The notes: a model not told the origin generated them from the sequence alone. A stretch of 64,000 nucleotides of DNA from Malacoraja senta (GCA_038087875.1 JAXLNO010000088.1:1-64000), one strand, 5' to 3'; shown: positions 53,023-64,000, numbered from the stretch's first letter. Made by a program: numbers and translations.

Positions 53023-55589
53023 CGAAACCGCTCGAGACCTCACTAAACACCTGTAATCCCTTGTCAACGACGGTATACCCCTCTAAATTTCTCTAAACCA
53101 CCCTAACTCATCTAAAACCCTCTAAACCCCTCTAAACCAATGTAAACCCCTGCAATCCTCTCTATACCTCTTTAAAGCCGTGTAAACCTCTCTACCCTAA
53201 AAAACCCTATAAATCCCAGTAAACCCCTGTAAACCTCTGTAAACCCCTCTAAATCCCTCAAAACCTCTTCAACCCCCTCTAAACCATTCGAAACCCCAAC
53301 ACCCTCCAAACCCTTCTAAAACCCTCCAAACACCTCTACCCCCCCCCTAAACCCATCTAAACCACTCCAGACCCCTCCAAACCGCTCTAAACCTCTCCAG
53401 ACCCCTCGAAACCCCTCCAAACCCATCTAAACCCCATGTAAACCTCATGTAAACCCCTGTAAACGCATCTAAACACCCCCTCTAAACCCGTATAAACCCT
53501 CCCAAACCCCTTTAAACCCCTGTAAACTCATCTAAAACAATATAAGCCCTATAAAGCCCTCTAAACACATCTAAACCCTCTTTAAACCTCGTGTAAACCC
53601 CTCTAAACCGCGGTAAACACCATATAAAGCCACTTAAACCTCTCTAAACTCCCCTAAACTCACCTAAACCCCTCTAAACTTAATCCTCTCTAAACACCTG
53701 TAGACACATGTAAACCCCTGGAAACCACTCTAAATCCATCTAACCCACCTAAACCCATCAAAAAACATCTAAACCCCTGTATTTCCCTCTAAATCACACC
53801 AAACTCCTCTAAACCCCTGCAAATCCCTCTAAACCACATACAATCTCTATATCCCCCTCTAAACCCCTCTAAGCACATGTAAACCCCTGTAAACACAATT
53901 AAACCCCCTCTAAATCCCTCTCAACCACTCTAAACCCGTCTGAAGCCCTGTAAACCCCTCAATACACATCTAACCTCTAAACCCCAGAAAACCCTATCGA
54001 ACCCCTCTGAACCCCTCCAGACCCCTCTAAATCCCTCTAAACTATTCTAAACACCTCTAACCTGTAAACCACTGCAAACACCTCTAAACCCCTGTAAACA
54101 CATGTAAACCTCTGTAATCCCCTGTAAACCTCTCAAAATCTCTCTATACACCTGTAAACTAAATCCCTCTGAACAACTGTATACCCATTGAAACCCCTGT
54201 AAACCCCCGCATACCCTTACAAATCCCTCTAAACTCTTCTAAACACTTCTAACCCCTCTAAACCCCTCTATACCCAACTAAACCCACTGTAAACCCCCTA
54301 AACACCTGTAAACTCCTGGAAATCCCTATAAAACTATCTAAAACCCTCTGAACCCCTGTACACCATTCTAAACCTCTCTATACCTGTAAACACCTGTAAA
54401 CCCCTTTAAACCCCTCTAAACCCCGCTAAACACTGTAAATCCCACTAAACCCCTGTAAACAACTAAATCCATCTAAACCCCTGTAAACACATGTAAACCC
54501 CCTGCAAACGCATCTAAACCCCTCTAAACACCTCTATTCCCCTGTTAGCGCCTCTAACCCCCTGTAAACCCCTGTAAACCCCTCCAAACCAGTCTAACCC
54601 CCTCTAAACCCCTACAAACCCATACAAACCGCTCTCAACCTATCCAGTCCCCTGCAATCCCTCTCCAATCCCCTCCAAACCCCTCGAAATCCCATCCAAA
54701 CCCCTCTATTCCCCTCTAAACCCATATAAAGCGCTGTAAACCCATCTAAACACCCTGTAAACCACATGTAAACACGCCTAACGCCCTGTAAACCCCTGTA
54801 AAACTGTGTAAACCGCAATAAATCCCTCTAAACCAGCTTAAACCCCTCTAAACTCCTAAAGTCCCTCTAAAACCAAACTCCTCCATACCCCTCTAAACAC
54901 CAATAAACCCCTCCAATCCTTTCCAAATACCTCTAAACCCCTCCAAACTCCTTCAAACCGCTTATAAATCTATGTAAATCACTCTAAACCCTTCCAAACA
55001 CCTCCAAACACCTCTAAACACTCTAAACCCCTCCAAACACCTCCAAACACCTCCATACCCCTCTAAACACTCATTTTAACACCTTTTAACACTCATTTAA
55101 CATCTCCAAACCCCTCCCAACCCCCTCTAAACCCCTCGAAACCCCCTATAAATCTCTCGAAACCCAGGAAACCCCTCGTAATACCTCTACCCCTCTCGAA
55201 ACTCCTCTAAACACCTCGAAACCTCGCGAAACCCCTTTAACCCCTCTAAACACCTCTAAACCACGAATAACCCTTCTAAACCGCTATAAACCACTGCAAA
55301 CCCCTCTAAACACCTCTAAACCCAACTAAACCGCTGCAACCGCCTCTAAACCCACCTAAATCTCTCTAAACCCCTCTAAACCCTCCGAAAACCCCTAAAC
55401 ACCTCTAAACACATCGAAACCCCTCTAAACCCCTCTAATTCCATCTAAACCCATCTAAATCCTTCTAATCCCCCGAAATGTCCAGACGTAAGAACAGCTT
55501 CGCACAGGAAGGAGCTGCAGATGCTGCTTTCAACCGAAGATAGACAAAAAAGCTGGAGTGACCCAGCGTGACAGACAGGGTCTCGAAAA

Positions 55590-55848
55590 GGAACTGTGCG
55601 AGTCCGCACTGACCAGCGATCCCCACACATTATCGATGTCCGGCACACACTGGGGACAACTTACATTTAAACGTGTATATGTACAAGCCTGCGCGTCCTT
55701 GGAGTTTGGGAGGAAACTGAAGATGTCGGAGAAACTCCACGCGGTCAGGGGGAGAACGTACAAACTCCGTACAGACGGCACCCTTCGTCGGGATTGAACC
55801 CGCGTCTCTGGCGCTGTAAGGCAGCAACTCTACCGCTGTGCCACCGTG
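55590..55848 (-). mobile_element. tRNA-derived SINE (HE1/V-SINE-like), left arm
   Basis: Reverse complement reads CACGGTGGCACAGCGGTAGAGTTGCTGCCTTACAGCGCCAGAGACGCGGGTTCAATCCCG..., followed by a TTTCCTCCCAAACTCCAA V-domain-like motif. Confidence 0.8.
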
Positions 55849-55934
55849 CTGGATAGCTTGAGCTCAGAAACGCAGGTATAACATATGTGGTCACAAACAT
55901 CTGGAGTAACAGCGGGGCAGGCAGCCTCTCTGGG

Positions 55935-56048
55935 GAAAATCCACGCGGTCACGGGGAGAACGTACAAACCGTCAGACGGCGGCCGTGGTCGGAATCGAAC
56001 CCGGGTCTCTGAACCTGTGAGGCAGCAACTCTATCGCTGCGCCACTGT
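55935..56048 (-). mobile_element. Second HE1-like SINE head fragment, left arm
   Basis: Reverse complement has GGCGCAGCGATAGAGTTGCTGCC...GGGTTCGATTCCG; mirrored at 58128-58245. Confidence 0.7.
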
Positions 56049-56192
56049 TTACTGGTGCCCTCCCATAATTTCCCATTCACTGGTGCCAACCCCTAAATCC
56101 CCATTTAATGCTGTCCTCCCCTAATTCACCATTTAATGGTGCGCTCCCCTAATTCCCCATTTATTAGTGCCATCCCCTAATTCCCCATTTAC

Positions 56193-56495
56193 TGAGGCTC
56201 GCTCTTTTCGCACCAGGCTCGCAGCTTGTGCGCCCGGCTCGTAGTGCGCGGACGAGGTTCGCAGTGCTGGTACCAGGCTCGCACTTTTCGCACCAGCTTG
56301 CACTTTTCGGACCAGGCTGGCATTTTTCGCAGACTGCTCGTACTTTTCGCACCAATCTCGCAATCTTCGCACAAGGCTCGCAGTTTTCGCACCAGGCTCC
56401 CACTTTTCGCAGCAGGCTCCCACTTTTCGCAGCAGGCTCGCACTTTTCGCACCAGGCTCGCACTTTTTGCGCCAGTGTCACAGTTTTCGCACAAG
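56193..56495 (-). repeat. 20-bp satellite sat-B (reverse orientation)
   Basis: ACTTTTCGCACCAGGCTCGC tandem units. Confidence 0.92.
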
Positions 56496-56496
56496 G

Positions 56497-56990
56497 ATGG
56501 CACTGTTTACCAAGGGTTGTGTTTACCAGGGGTAGTGTTTACCAGGGGAAGTGTTTGCCAAGGGACATGTTTAACAAAGGTCGTGTTCCCAAAGAGTCGT
56601 GTTTCTCAAAGTTCGTGTTTGCCAATGTTCATGTTTACCAACCAAGCGTTGTGTTTGCTAAAGGTCGTGTTTGCTAAAGGTCGTGTTTACCAAGGGTCGT
56701 GTTTGCCAAGGCTCATGTTTACCACGCGTTGTGCCTACAAAGACTGTCTACCAAGGGTGGTGTGTACCAAGGGCTGTGTCTACCGAAGGTTGTGTCGACG
56801 AATGGCTCTGTCTCCCAAGGGTTGTGTCTTCCAAGTGTTGTGTCTACCAAGGGGTTTGCTTACCAAGTGATGTGTTTACCCAGGGTTGTGTCAAACGAAG
56901 GTTAAGTCTACCAAGCTTTGTTTCGACCAAGTTTTGTTCATACCAAGGGTTGTGTCTACTAAGGGTTGTGACGACAAAATGTTGTGTCTA
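56497..56990. repeat. 16-bp satellite sat-C (GTGTTTACCAAGGGTT), core of the palindrome
   Basis: About 16-bp periodicity of TGTGT[TC]TACCAAGGG variants. Confidence 0.88.
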
Positions 56991-56992
56991 TC

Positions 56993-57984
56993 TCGCGAGT
57001 CTGGTGCGGAAAGTGCGAGCCTGGTGCGAGTAGTGCGAGCCTCGTGCGAAAAATGCGAGCCGGGTGCCAAAAGTGCGAGCCTGCTGCGAAATGTGGGAGC
57101 CTGGTGCGAAAACTGCAATCCTGGTACGAAAACAGGGAGCCTGGCGCAAAAACTGCGAGCGTGATGCGAAAATTGCGATCCCGCTGCGAAAAGAGCGAGT
57201 CTATTACGAAAAGTGTGATCCTGGTGCAAAAAGTGCGAGCCTGGCGTAAAAACTACGAGATTGGTGCGAAAAGTGCGGGTCTGGTGGTAAAAGAGCGATT
57301 GTGGTGCGAAAAGTGTGAACCGGCTGCAAAAAAATGCGAGCCTGGTGCTAAAACTGCCAGCCTGGTGCGAAAACTGAGATCGTGGTGCGAAAGTCGTAAT
57401 CCTGGCGGAGAACTGCGAGCCTGGTGCGAAAGATGCGAGCCTGGTGAGAAAGCTTCGCGCCTGGTGCTAAAAGTGCGAGCTTGGTGCGAAAGGTGCGAGC
57501 CTGGTGCGAAAGATGCGAGCCTGGTGCGAAAGGTGCGAGTCTGGTTCGAAAAGTGGGAGCCGCCAGTGAAAAATGCTAGCCTGGTTCAAAAAGTGCGAGC
57601 CGGCTGCGAAAAAAAGCGAGCCTGGTACGAACACTGCAATCCGGGTGCGAAAACTGAGAGCCTGGCGCAAAAACTGCGAGCCTGGTGCGAAAACTGCGAG
57701 CCTGGTGCGAAATCTGCGAGCCTTGTGCGAAACATGCGAGCCTGGTGAGAAAAGTAGGAGCCTGGTAGCGAAAACTGCGAGCCTTGTGCGAAATTTGCGA
57801 GCCGGGTGCGAAAACTGCGAGCCTGGTGCGAAAAGTATGAGCCATTTGCGAAAAATGCCGGCCTGGTCCGATAAGTGTGAGCTGGTGCGAAAAGTGCCAG
57901 CCTGCTGCAAAAGCTGCGAACCTCGTCCGCAAACTAGGAGCCGGGCGCACGCTACGAGCCTGGTGCGAAAAGAGCGAGCCTCAG
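56993..57984 (+). repeat. 20-bp satellite sat-B (GCGAGCCTGGTGCGAAAAGT)
   Basis: Tandem 20-bp units, reverse complement of 56193-56495. Confidence 0.93.
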
Positions 57985-58127
57985 AAAGTGGGGAATTAGG
58001 GGAGGGCACTAATAAATGGAGAATTAGGGGAGCGCAACATTAAATGGTGCATTAGGGGAGGGCACCAGTCAATGGGGATTTAGGGAATGGCATCAATAAA
58101 TGGGAAATTATGGGAGGGCGCCAGTAA

Positions 58128-58245
58128 ACAGTAGCGGAGCGGAAGAGTTGCTCCCTCACAGGTTCAGACCAGGGTTCGATTCCGACCACGGCCGCCGTCT
58201 GTACGATTTGTACGTTCTCCCCGTAACCGCGTGGATTTTCTCCTG
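58128..58245 (+). mobile_element. HE1-like SINE head fragment, right arm
   Basis: AGCGGAAGAGTTGCT...GGGTTCGATTCCG...TTTGTACGTTCTCCCCGT. Confidence 0.7.
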
Positions 58246-58292
58246 AGATGCTGCCTGCCCCACTGTTACTCCAGATTTTTGTGACCACATAT

Positions 58293-58815
58293 AATAATAA
58301 TAATAATAATAATTCATTTTATTTGCTGGCGCCTTTCTATCACCCAAGGACACCTTACAATACATAAAATCACAAAAATACAAAACACATAGTCGGAATA
58401 AATTAAATATAAAAACACCATAATACACAAATCAAGGACAGAATTCAATTACAAAAGCACAAAAAGAAAATCAGAAACACAATTTGAGGAGAGAGCAGCG
58501 GCAGACAAACCGCGCCAGCGTTCACTCTCCCCTCCGACCGCCATCTTGAACAAGCACCAACAGACACAGCACAGAAAAATCACCCACCCCCCATAATGAC
58601 CACTGCTGTGGGGGAAGGCACAATGTCTAGTCCCCAACCCCAGTTCACCCAAAGTCAGGCCCAATGAGGCCTCCGCTATTGCCTCTACGGAGCCCCGATG
58701 TTCCTGGCCGTTTTCACGGGGTGATGCTGGCCCGGCGTAGGGAGAGTCCTCTAGCGGCTGGGCCACCTGGAACGGCCGCATTCCCTACCGGAGGCCGCAG
58801 CTTCCGAAGCCGATA
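58293..58815 (-). mobile_element. Non-autonomous retroelement with an L2-type tail, inserted in the right arm only
   Basis: (AAT)n tail; reverse complement has GTAAGGTGTCCTTGGG...AAAGGCGCC; TSD ACATAT at 58287-58292 and 58816-58821; absent from the left arm. Confidence 0.88.
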
Positions 58816-58855
58816 ACATATGTTATATCTTCGTTTCTAAGCTCAAGCTATCCAT

Positions 58856-59105
58856 CACGGTAGCACAGCGGTACTTGCTGCCTTACAGCGCCAGAGACGC
58901 GGGTACAATCCCGACCAAGGGTGCTGTCTGTACGGAGTTTGTACCTTCTCCCACTGACCGCGTGGATTTCCCCGACATCTTCGGTTTCCTCCCAAACTCC
59001 AAATACGCGCAGGCAGGTAGATATACAGGTTTAAATGTAAATTGTCCCCAGTGTGTATAGGACATCGATAATGTGTGGGGATCGCTGGTCAGTGCGGATT
59101 CGCAC
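58856..59105 (+). mobile_element. HE1/V-SINE-like SINE, right arm
   Basis: CACGGTAGCACAGCGGTA...GGGTACAATCCCG...GGTTTCCTCCCAAACTCCAA; mirror of 55590-55848. Confidence 0.8.
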
Positions 59106-59242
59106 AGTTCCTTTTCGAGACCCTTCTCTCCACAGATGCTGTCTGTCACACTGGGTTACTCCAGCTTTTTGTGTATATCTTCGGTTGAAAGCAGCATCTG
59201 CGGCTCCTTTCTGTGCGAAGCTGTTGTTACGTCTGGGCATTT

Positions 59243-61012
59243 GAGTGGTTTAGAGGGGGATTTGAAGTGGTTTAGAAGTGTTTATAGGGGATTAGATGGG
59301 GATTAGAGAGGTTCATAGGGGGTTTAGATGGGTTTAAAGGGGGGTTAGAGGGGTTTAGATAAGTTTAGAGGGCGTTAGAAGTGTGTTGAGTGGTTTTGAA
59401 AGGCTTAGAAGGGTCTAGAGGGGTTTCAAGTGGTTTCAAGGGGTTTAGATGGGTTTCTAGAGTGTTAGTGGGGTTTACAGGAGTTTAGAAAGGATTAGAA
59501 GGCTTTAGAGGGGTTTAGAGTGGGATGAACGTGTTGAGGGTTAAACGGGTTTAGAGGGGTTTAGAGGGGTAATAGCTGTTTAGAGGGGTTTAGGGTTTAG
59601 AGGGATGTCGAGGGCTTTAGATGGGTTTAGATGGGTTTAGAGCGGTTCAGATGGGTTCAGAGGGGTGTAGAGGGGTCTAGACGGGTTTAGACTGGGTTTA
59701 AACGTGTTTATAGTGGTTTTGAGGTGTTCACTGTGGTGGAAGGCACAAACAATGGCCAGTCCTCCTCCATTTCCCCCGTGGGAGGGACCTCAACCCTCCG
59801 CCGTCGCCGCTGCTGGTGTCCAGATGTGGAGACAAGGTAAAGTTCAGGTAAGTCCTAAATCGGTGCTTCCCTACCGGAGACCGCGGCTTCGGGTTGGTGT
59901 AGGCCGCAATCCGGCGGTCGAAGATCTAAAGTCCCCGCCTCGCCGCAGCCAGAAGCAACGCAGACCGCAGGGCCGGCAGCCGGAGCTCCTCTCCATGCAT
60001 ACCCGGCGAGGGACCCTGCTCCGGATGGTAAGTCCACGCCGCGCCAGCGGTAGAAGTAGGCCGCGGGCCGGCGCTCGGAGCTCTTCTCCTCCATGGTAGC
60101 CAACGATGGATCCCAGGCTCCGGATGCCGCGCAAGCAGAAGCACCGCAGTTCGCGGCTTCTGGATGATGTGGGCCGCGGGTCGACAGTCGGAGCTCCTCT
60201 CCAGGGGTCCCCGGCGAGGGATCCGCTCCTGATGGTAACTCCACGCCGCGCCCGCGGTAGAAGTTGGCCGCGGGCCGGCGGTCGGAGCTCTTCTCGTCCC
60301 GGGTCCCCAACGAGGGATCCCAGGCTGCTCCGCAGACCTGGTTGCCGCGGGCCAGCGAAAGGAGCGCTCCACTCCGGCGATCCCCGGCGAGACATCGCCC
60401 GCTCCGCGACGAAAGATTACTCGCCCCGGGCGCGTCTCGATGTTAGGCCACGGGGGAGGCGATATAGAAAAGTTGCCTCTCCATGGGGGAGGCGACCGAA
60501 ACGGTTTCACCCTTACCCCCCCCCCCCCACCCCCACCCCCGCAAACCACCCGCACACAAGACACACAAAGAAACATTAAAAACATACATTAGGACATACG
60601 GAAAAAACAAGAAAATTAGAAAGAACTAACACGCTGCTGTCAGGGCTGCCGGCTTGCAGCGCCCCCACCGAACTGTGTTTAGAGTGGTTTAAAGGGTTTA
60701 GCGAGGTTTCGAGGGGTTTCGAGGGGTTTTGAGGGGGTTAGTGGGGCATAGAGGGGCATAGCGTGGTTAAGGGGGGTTTAGAGGGGGGTAGAGTGATTTC
60801 GAGGGGTTTCAAGCGATTTAGAGGGCTTTAGAGGTGTTTAGAGGTCTTTAGAGGGGTTTAGAGGGCTTTAGAGGTTTGGAGGGTTTAGAAGGGTTTGGAG
60901 GGGTATAGAGGTCTTCAGAGGGGTTTAGGTGTTTAGAGTGGTTTAGAGGGTTTAGAGGGGTTTACAGGGGTTTAGAGGGGTTTAGAGGGGTCAGAGGGAT
61001 TTAGAGGGGATT
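59243..61012 (+). repeat. G-rich 10-bp telomere-like repeat (interrupted at 59729-60672)
   Basis: TTTAGAGGGG units. Confidence 0.93.
59729..60672 (-). mobile_element. GC-rich non-autonomous element with an internal ~210-bp tandem duplication, 3' tail missing
   Basis: CTGTGGTGGAAGGCACA core shared with the 35762 and 58293 elements; CGGAGCTCCTCTCC blocks repeated at ~59980 and ~60188. Confidence 0.6.
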
Positions 61013-62432
61013 AGGAGGCAACGGTGGCTGACAAGATAAGTTAGGGATAGAATAAAACTAAATGAAAAGATGTATAACTAGCAAAGAGTACCCGGAAGCC
61101 AGAGGATTGTGAAACTTTCATAGGACAACAGAAGGAAACAAATCGAGCTATACGGCTGAAAAGATGAACTACGAAAGGAAGCTGGCCAGGAATATAAAGA
61201 AGGATAGTAAAAGCTTCTTTTTAAGGCTAAAAGAGTAGCAAAGTCAAATGTGGGTCCCTTGAAGGCAGACACGGGTGAAATTATTATGGGTAACAAGGAA
61301 ATGGCATAAGAGTTGAACAGGTACTTCGGATCTGTCTTCACTGAGAAAGACACAAACAATCTCCCAGATGTACTGGAGGATAGAGGATCTAAGGGGGTAG
61401 AGGAACTGAAATAAATGTTCATTAGGCGATAATTAGTATGGGTAGGCTAATGGGTCTGAAGGTTGATAAATCCCCCTGGGCCTGATGGTCTGCATCTCAG
61501 GGTCCTCAGGGAGGTGGCTCGAGAAATAGTGGACGCATTGGTAATTATTTTCCAATGTTCGATCGATTCAGGATCATTTCCTGTGGATTGGAGGATAGCT
61601 AACGTTATCCCACTTTTCAAGAAAGGAGCGAGAGATAAAACGGGGAATTACAGACCAGTTAGCCTGACTTCGGTGGTGGGAAAGATGCTGGAGTCAATTA
61701 GAAAAGAGGTAATAATGGGGCATTTGGATAGCAGTAAAAGGATTAGTCCAAGTCAACATGGATTTATGAAAGGAAAATCATGCTTGACTAATCTTCTGGA
61801 TTTTTTTAAAGGATGTGACAAGTAAAATGGATGAAAGGGTGCCAGTGGATGTAGTGCTAAGGTCCCGCATGGGAGACTGGCGACTAAATTTCCAGCACAT
61901 GGTATTGGGGGTACGGTGTTGACATGGATAGAAAATTGGTTGGCAGACAGGAAGCAAAGAGTAGGAGTGAACGGGTCCTTTTCTGAATGGCAGGCAGTGG
62001 CGTGGAGTGCCGCAAGGCTCGGTGTTGGGGAATTATGAGCAACACTAGCAAGTTTGCGGATGACACAAATCTGAGTGGCAGTGTGAACTGCGAAGAGGAT
62101 GATAAGAGGTTGCAACGTGATCCGGACAGGTTAAGTGAGTGGGCAGATGCGTAGCAGATGCAGTATAATATAGATAAATGTGAGGTTATCTGCTTTGGCG
62201 GCAAAAACAAGGGGGCAGATTATTATCTCAATGGGGTTAGGTTAGGCAAGGGGGGGGGTACATCGAGATCTGGGTGTCCTTGTACTTCTGCAGTTGTATA
62301 GGGCTCTGGTAAGACCACATCTGGAGTATTGTGTACAGTTTTGGTCTCCTAATTTGAGGAAGGACATCCTTCTGATCGAGGCAGTGCAGCGTAAGTTCAC
62401 GAGATTGATCCCTGGGATGGCGGGACTGACAT
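61013..62432 (+). mobile_element. Degenerate CR1 ORF2 fragment
   Basis: [56 protein letters not shown]; many deletions and stops. Confidence 0.9.
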
Positions 62433-62825
62433 GTGAGAAAATACTAGGCTTGCAGGTCATTCTCATTGGGGACGGGGTGCCGCCAGGTCTGCTCAGACGG
62501 AAAAGATCTACTGTAGGTAGGGTGAGCACCCACAGAAACAGGATGAATACCGGGAACAAGGCAAATGGTTTACGAACAGGACCACGAGGGTGGGGGGAGG
62601 GGTAGTACTCTCCAGATTGCTCCTGGTGCAACATGCTGCTGAGGGCAAGAATAGGAAGGGTGAACAGGTGAAGGTTGCGTAGTTGGTGGAAGGGGCAGCC
62701 ATTCAGATTGTGGGACCGCTGAGATCCTTGTTGGAGCCGAGGTGACCTGTACAAGAAGGCAGACAAAAATGCTGGAGAAACTCAGCGGGTGAGGCAGCAT
62801 CCATGGTGTGAAGGAATAGTTGATG

Positions 62826-63087
62826 CAGGGCTGCCATCTCTCACGCATTGAGCGTGAGAATCACGCATTTGGCCAAATTCTCACGCTGATCTCAAATTTC
62901 ACACGCTCTATGATGAGAAATTCTGTGATCAACGAAAATTTCAAAAATTATATCCACTGCCTGGGCCGCGGGTGTTGGATAGCCGGGGCTGAGGGAGGGA
63001 TGAAAGCAGAAGCAGCGGCGCGGACAGATGCGGAAGGGAACCCAGGGCTCCCAAGTGTTTGTCGGGCTGGCGAGTGTTTGCCGGGCT
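62826..63087. mobile_element. One end of a hAT-like DNA transposon
   Basis: Begins CAGGGCTGCCA with subterminal TCACGC repeats; no partner TIR seen. Confidence 0.5.
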
Positions 63088-64000
63088 TATACAGGTTTAA
63101 ATGTAAATTGTCCCCAGTGTGTGTAGGACATCGATAATGTGTGGGGATCGCTGGTCAGTGCGGATTCGCACAGTTCCTTTTCGAGACCCTTCTCTCCACA
63201 GATGCTGTCTGTCACACTGGGTTACTCCAGCTTTTTGTGTATATCTTCGGTTGAAAGCAGCATCTGCGGCTCCTTTCTGTGCGAAGCTGTTGTTACGTCT
63301 GGGCATTTGAGTGGTTTAGAGGGGGATTTGAAGTGGTTTAGAAGTGTTTATAGGGGATTAGATGGGGATTAGAGAGGTTAATAGGGGGTTTAGATGGGTT
63401 TATAGGGGGGTTAGAGGGGTTTAGATAAGTTTAGAGGGCGTTAGAAGTGTGTTGAGTGGTTTTGAAGGGCTTAGAAGGGTCTAGAGGGGTTTCGATGGGT
63501 TTCAAGGGGTTTAGATGGGTTTCTAGAGTGTTAGTGGGGTTTACAGGAGTTTAGAAAGGATTAGAGGGCTTTAGAGGGGTTTAGAGTGGGATAAACGTGT
63601 TGAGGGTTAAACGGGTTTAGAGGGGTTTAGAGGGGTTATAGCTGTTTAGAGGGGTTTAGGGTTTAGAGGGATATCGAGGGCTTTAGATGGGTTTAGATGG
63701 GTTTAGAGCGGTTCAGATGGGTTCAGAGGGGTGTAGATGGGTCTAGACGGGGTTTAGACTGGGTTTAAACGTGTTTATAGTGGTTTTGAGGTGTTCACTG
63801 TGGTGGAAGGCACAAACAATGGCCAGTCCTCCTCCATTTCCCCCGTGGGAGGGACCTCAACCCTCCGCCGTCGCCGCTGCTGGTGTCCAGATGTGGAGAC
63901 AAGGTAAAGTTCAGGTAAGTCCTAAATCGGTGCTTCCCTACCGGAGACCGCGGCTTCAGGTTGGTGTAGGCCGCAATCCGGCGGACGAAGATCTAAAGTC
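63088..64000 (+). repeat. Near-identical direct copy of ~59022-59932 (offset ~4066 bp)
   Basis: Near-identical ORF-track peptides at 59031..59240 and 63097..63306, identical ones at 59073..59306 and 63139..63372; same SINE fragment, 10-bp repeat variants and GC-element start. Confidence 0.96.

Larger units (their letters stand above)
48163..55472 (-). repeat. Same 10-bp telomere-like repeat in opposite orientation (TCTAAACCCC / TGTAAACCCC on +)
   Basis: C/A-rich + strand; reverse complement of the 32.5-43.7 kb repeat, enriched in the GTTTACA variant. Confidence 0.95.
55473..59242. repeat. Long imperfect inverted repeat: left arm 55473-56495, core 56497-56990, right arm 56993-59242
   Basis: 55475-55890 is the reverse complement of 58816-59240; 55885-56330 is the reverse complement of 57850-58292, including unique variant monomers. 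Confidence 0.93.

Noticed and set aside
32482..55472. True telomere or canonical interstitial (TTAGGG)n
   Set aside because: The unit is 10 bp and highly degenerate; no sustained TTAGGG run was seen
55510..55590. Penelope-like terminal fragments (GCTGGAGT.AC.CAGCG motif; also ~55890, ~58250, ~59130, ~62760)
   Set aside because: Recurrent short repeat fragments, too short to assign a family without a database search
56133..58043. Cys-rich ORFs (CEKCEPG repeats) resembling TNFR or zinc-binding proteins
   Set aside because: Translations of the sat-B and sat-C tandem repeats, present in multiple frames
55473..59242. Palindrome as a long-read fold-back artefact
   Set aside because: The arms are clearly diverged, and one carries a TSD-flanked insertion absent from the other
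59704..60585. Overlapping Arg/Pro-rich ORFs on both strands (also 35792-36306 and 33241-33608)
   Set aside because: Stop-poor GC-rich non-coding repeat sequence with no recognisable domain

Overview
Gene-free, repeat-dense eukaryotic heterochromatin, most likely from a cartilaginous fish (skate or ray). This is inferred from HE1/V-SINE-type tRNA SINEs together with CR1, L2, Rex1 and DIRS retroelements. Bases 1-32070 are a CpG-rich 20-bp satellite (TGGCGACCTTGCCGGA[T/A][T/A]T[A/G]) with higher-order structure, interrupted by a near full-length but disabled CR1 LINE (esterase ORF1, APE-RT ORF2). Bases 32.5-64 kb are a degenerate telomere-like 10-bp repeat (GGGGTTTAGA) that switches strand twice. 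The first switch is across a truncated DIRS element carrying a nested Rex1 LINE. The second is across a ~3.8-kb inverted duplication (55.5-59.2 kb) with a second 20-bp satellite in its arms and a 16-bp satellite at its core. The window ends in a ~4.07-kb direct duplication. No intact host protein-coding gene was found, and the many long ORFs in the satellites are translation artefacts. Family names come from recognised motifs, not database searches, and boundaries are approximate.
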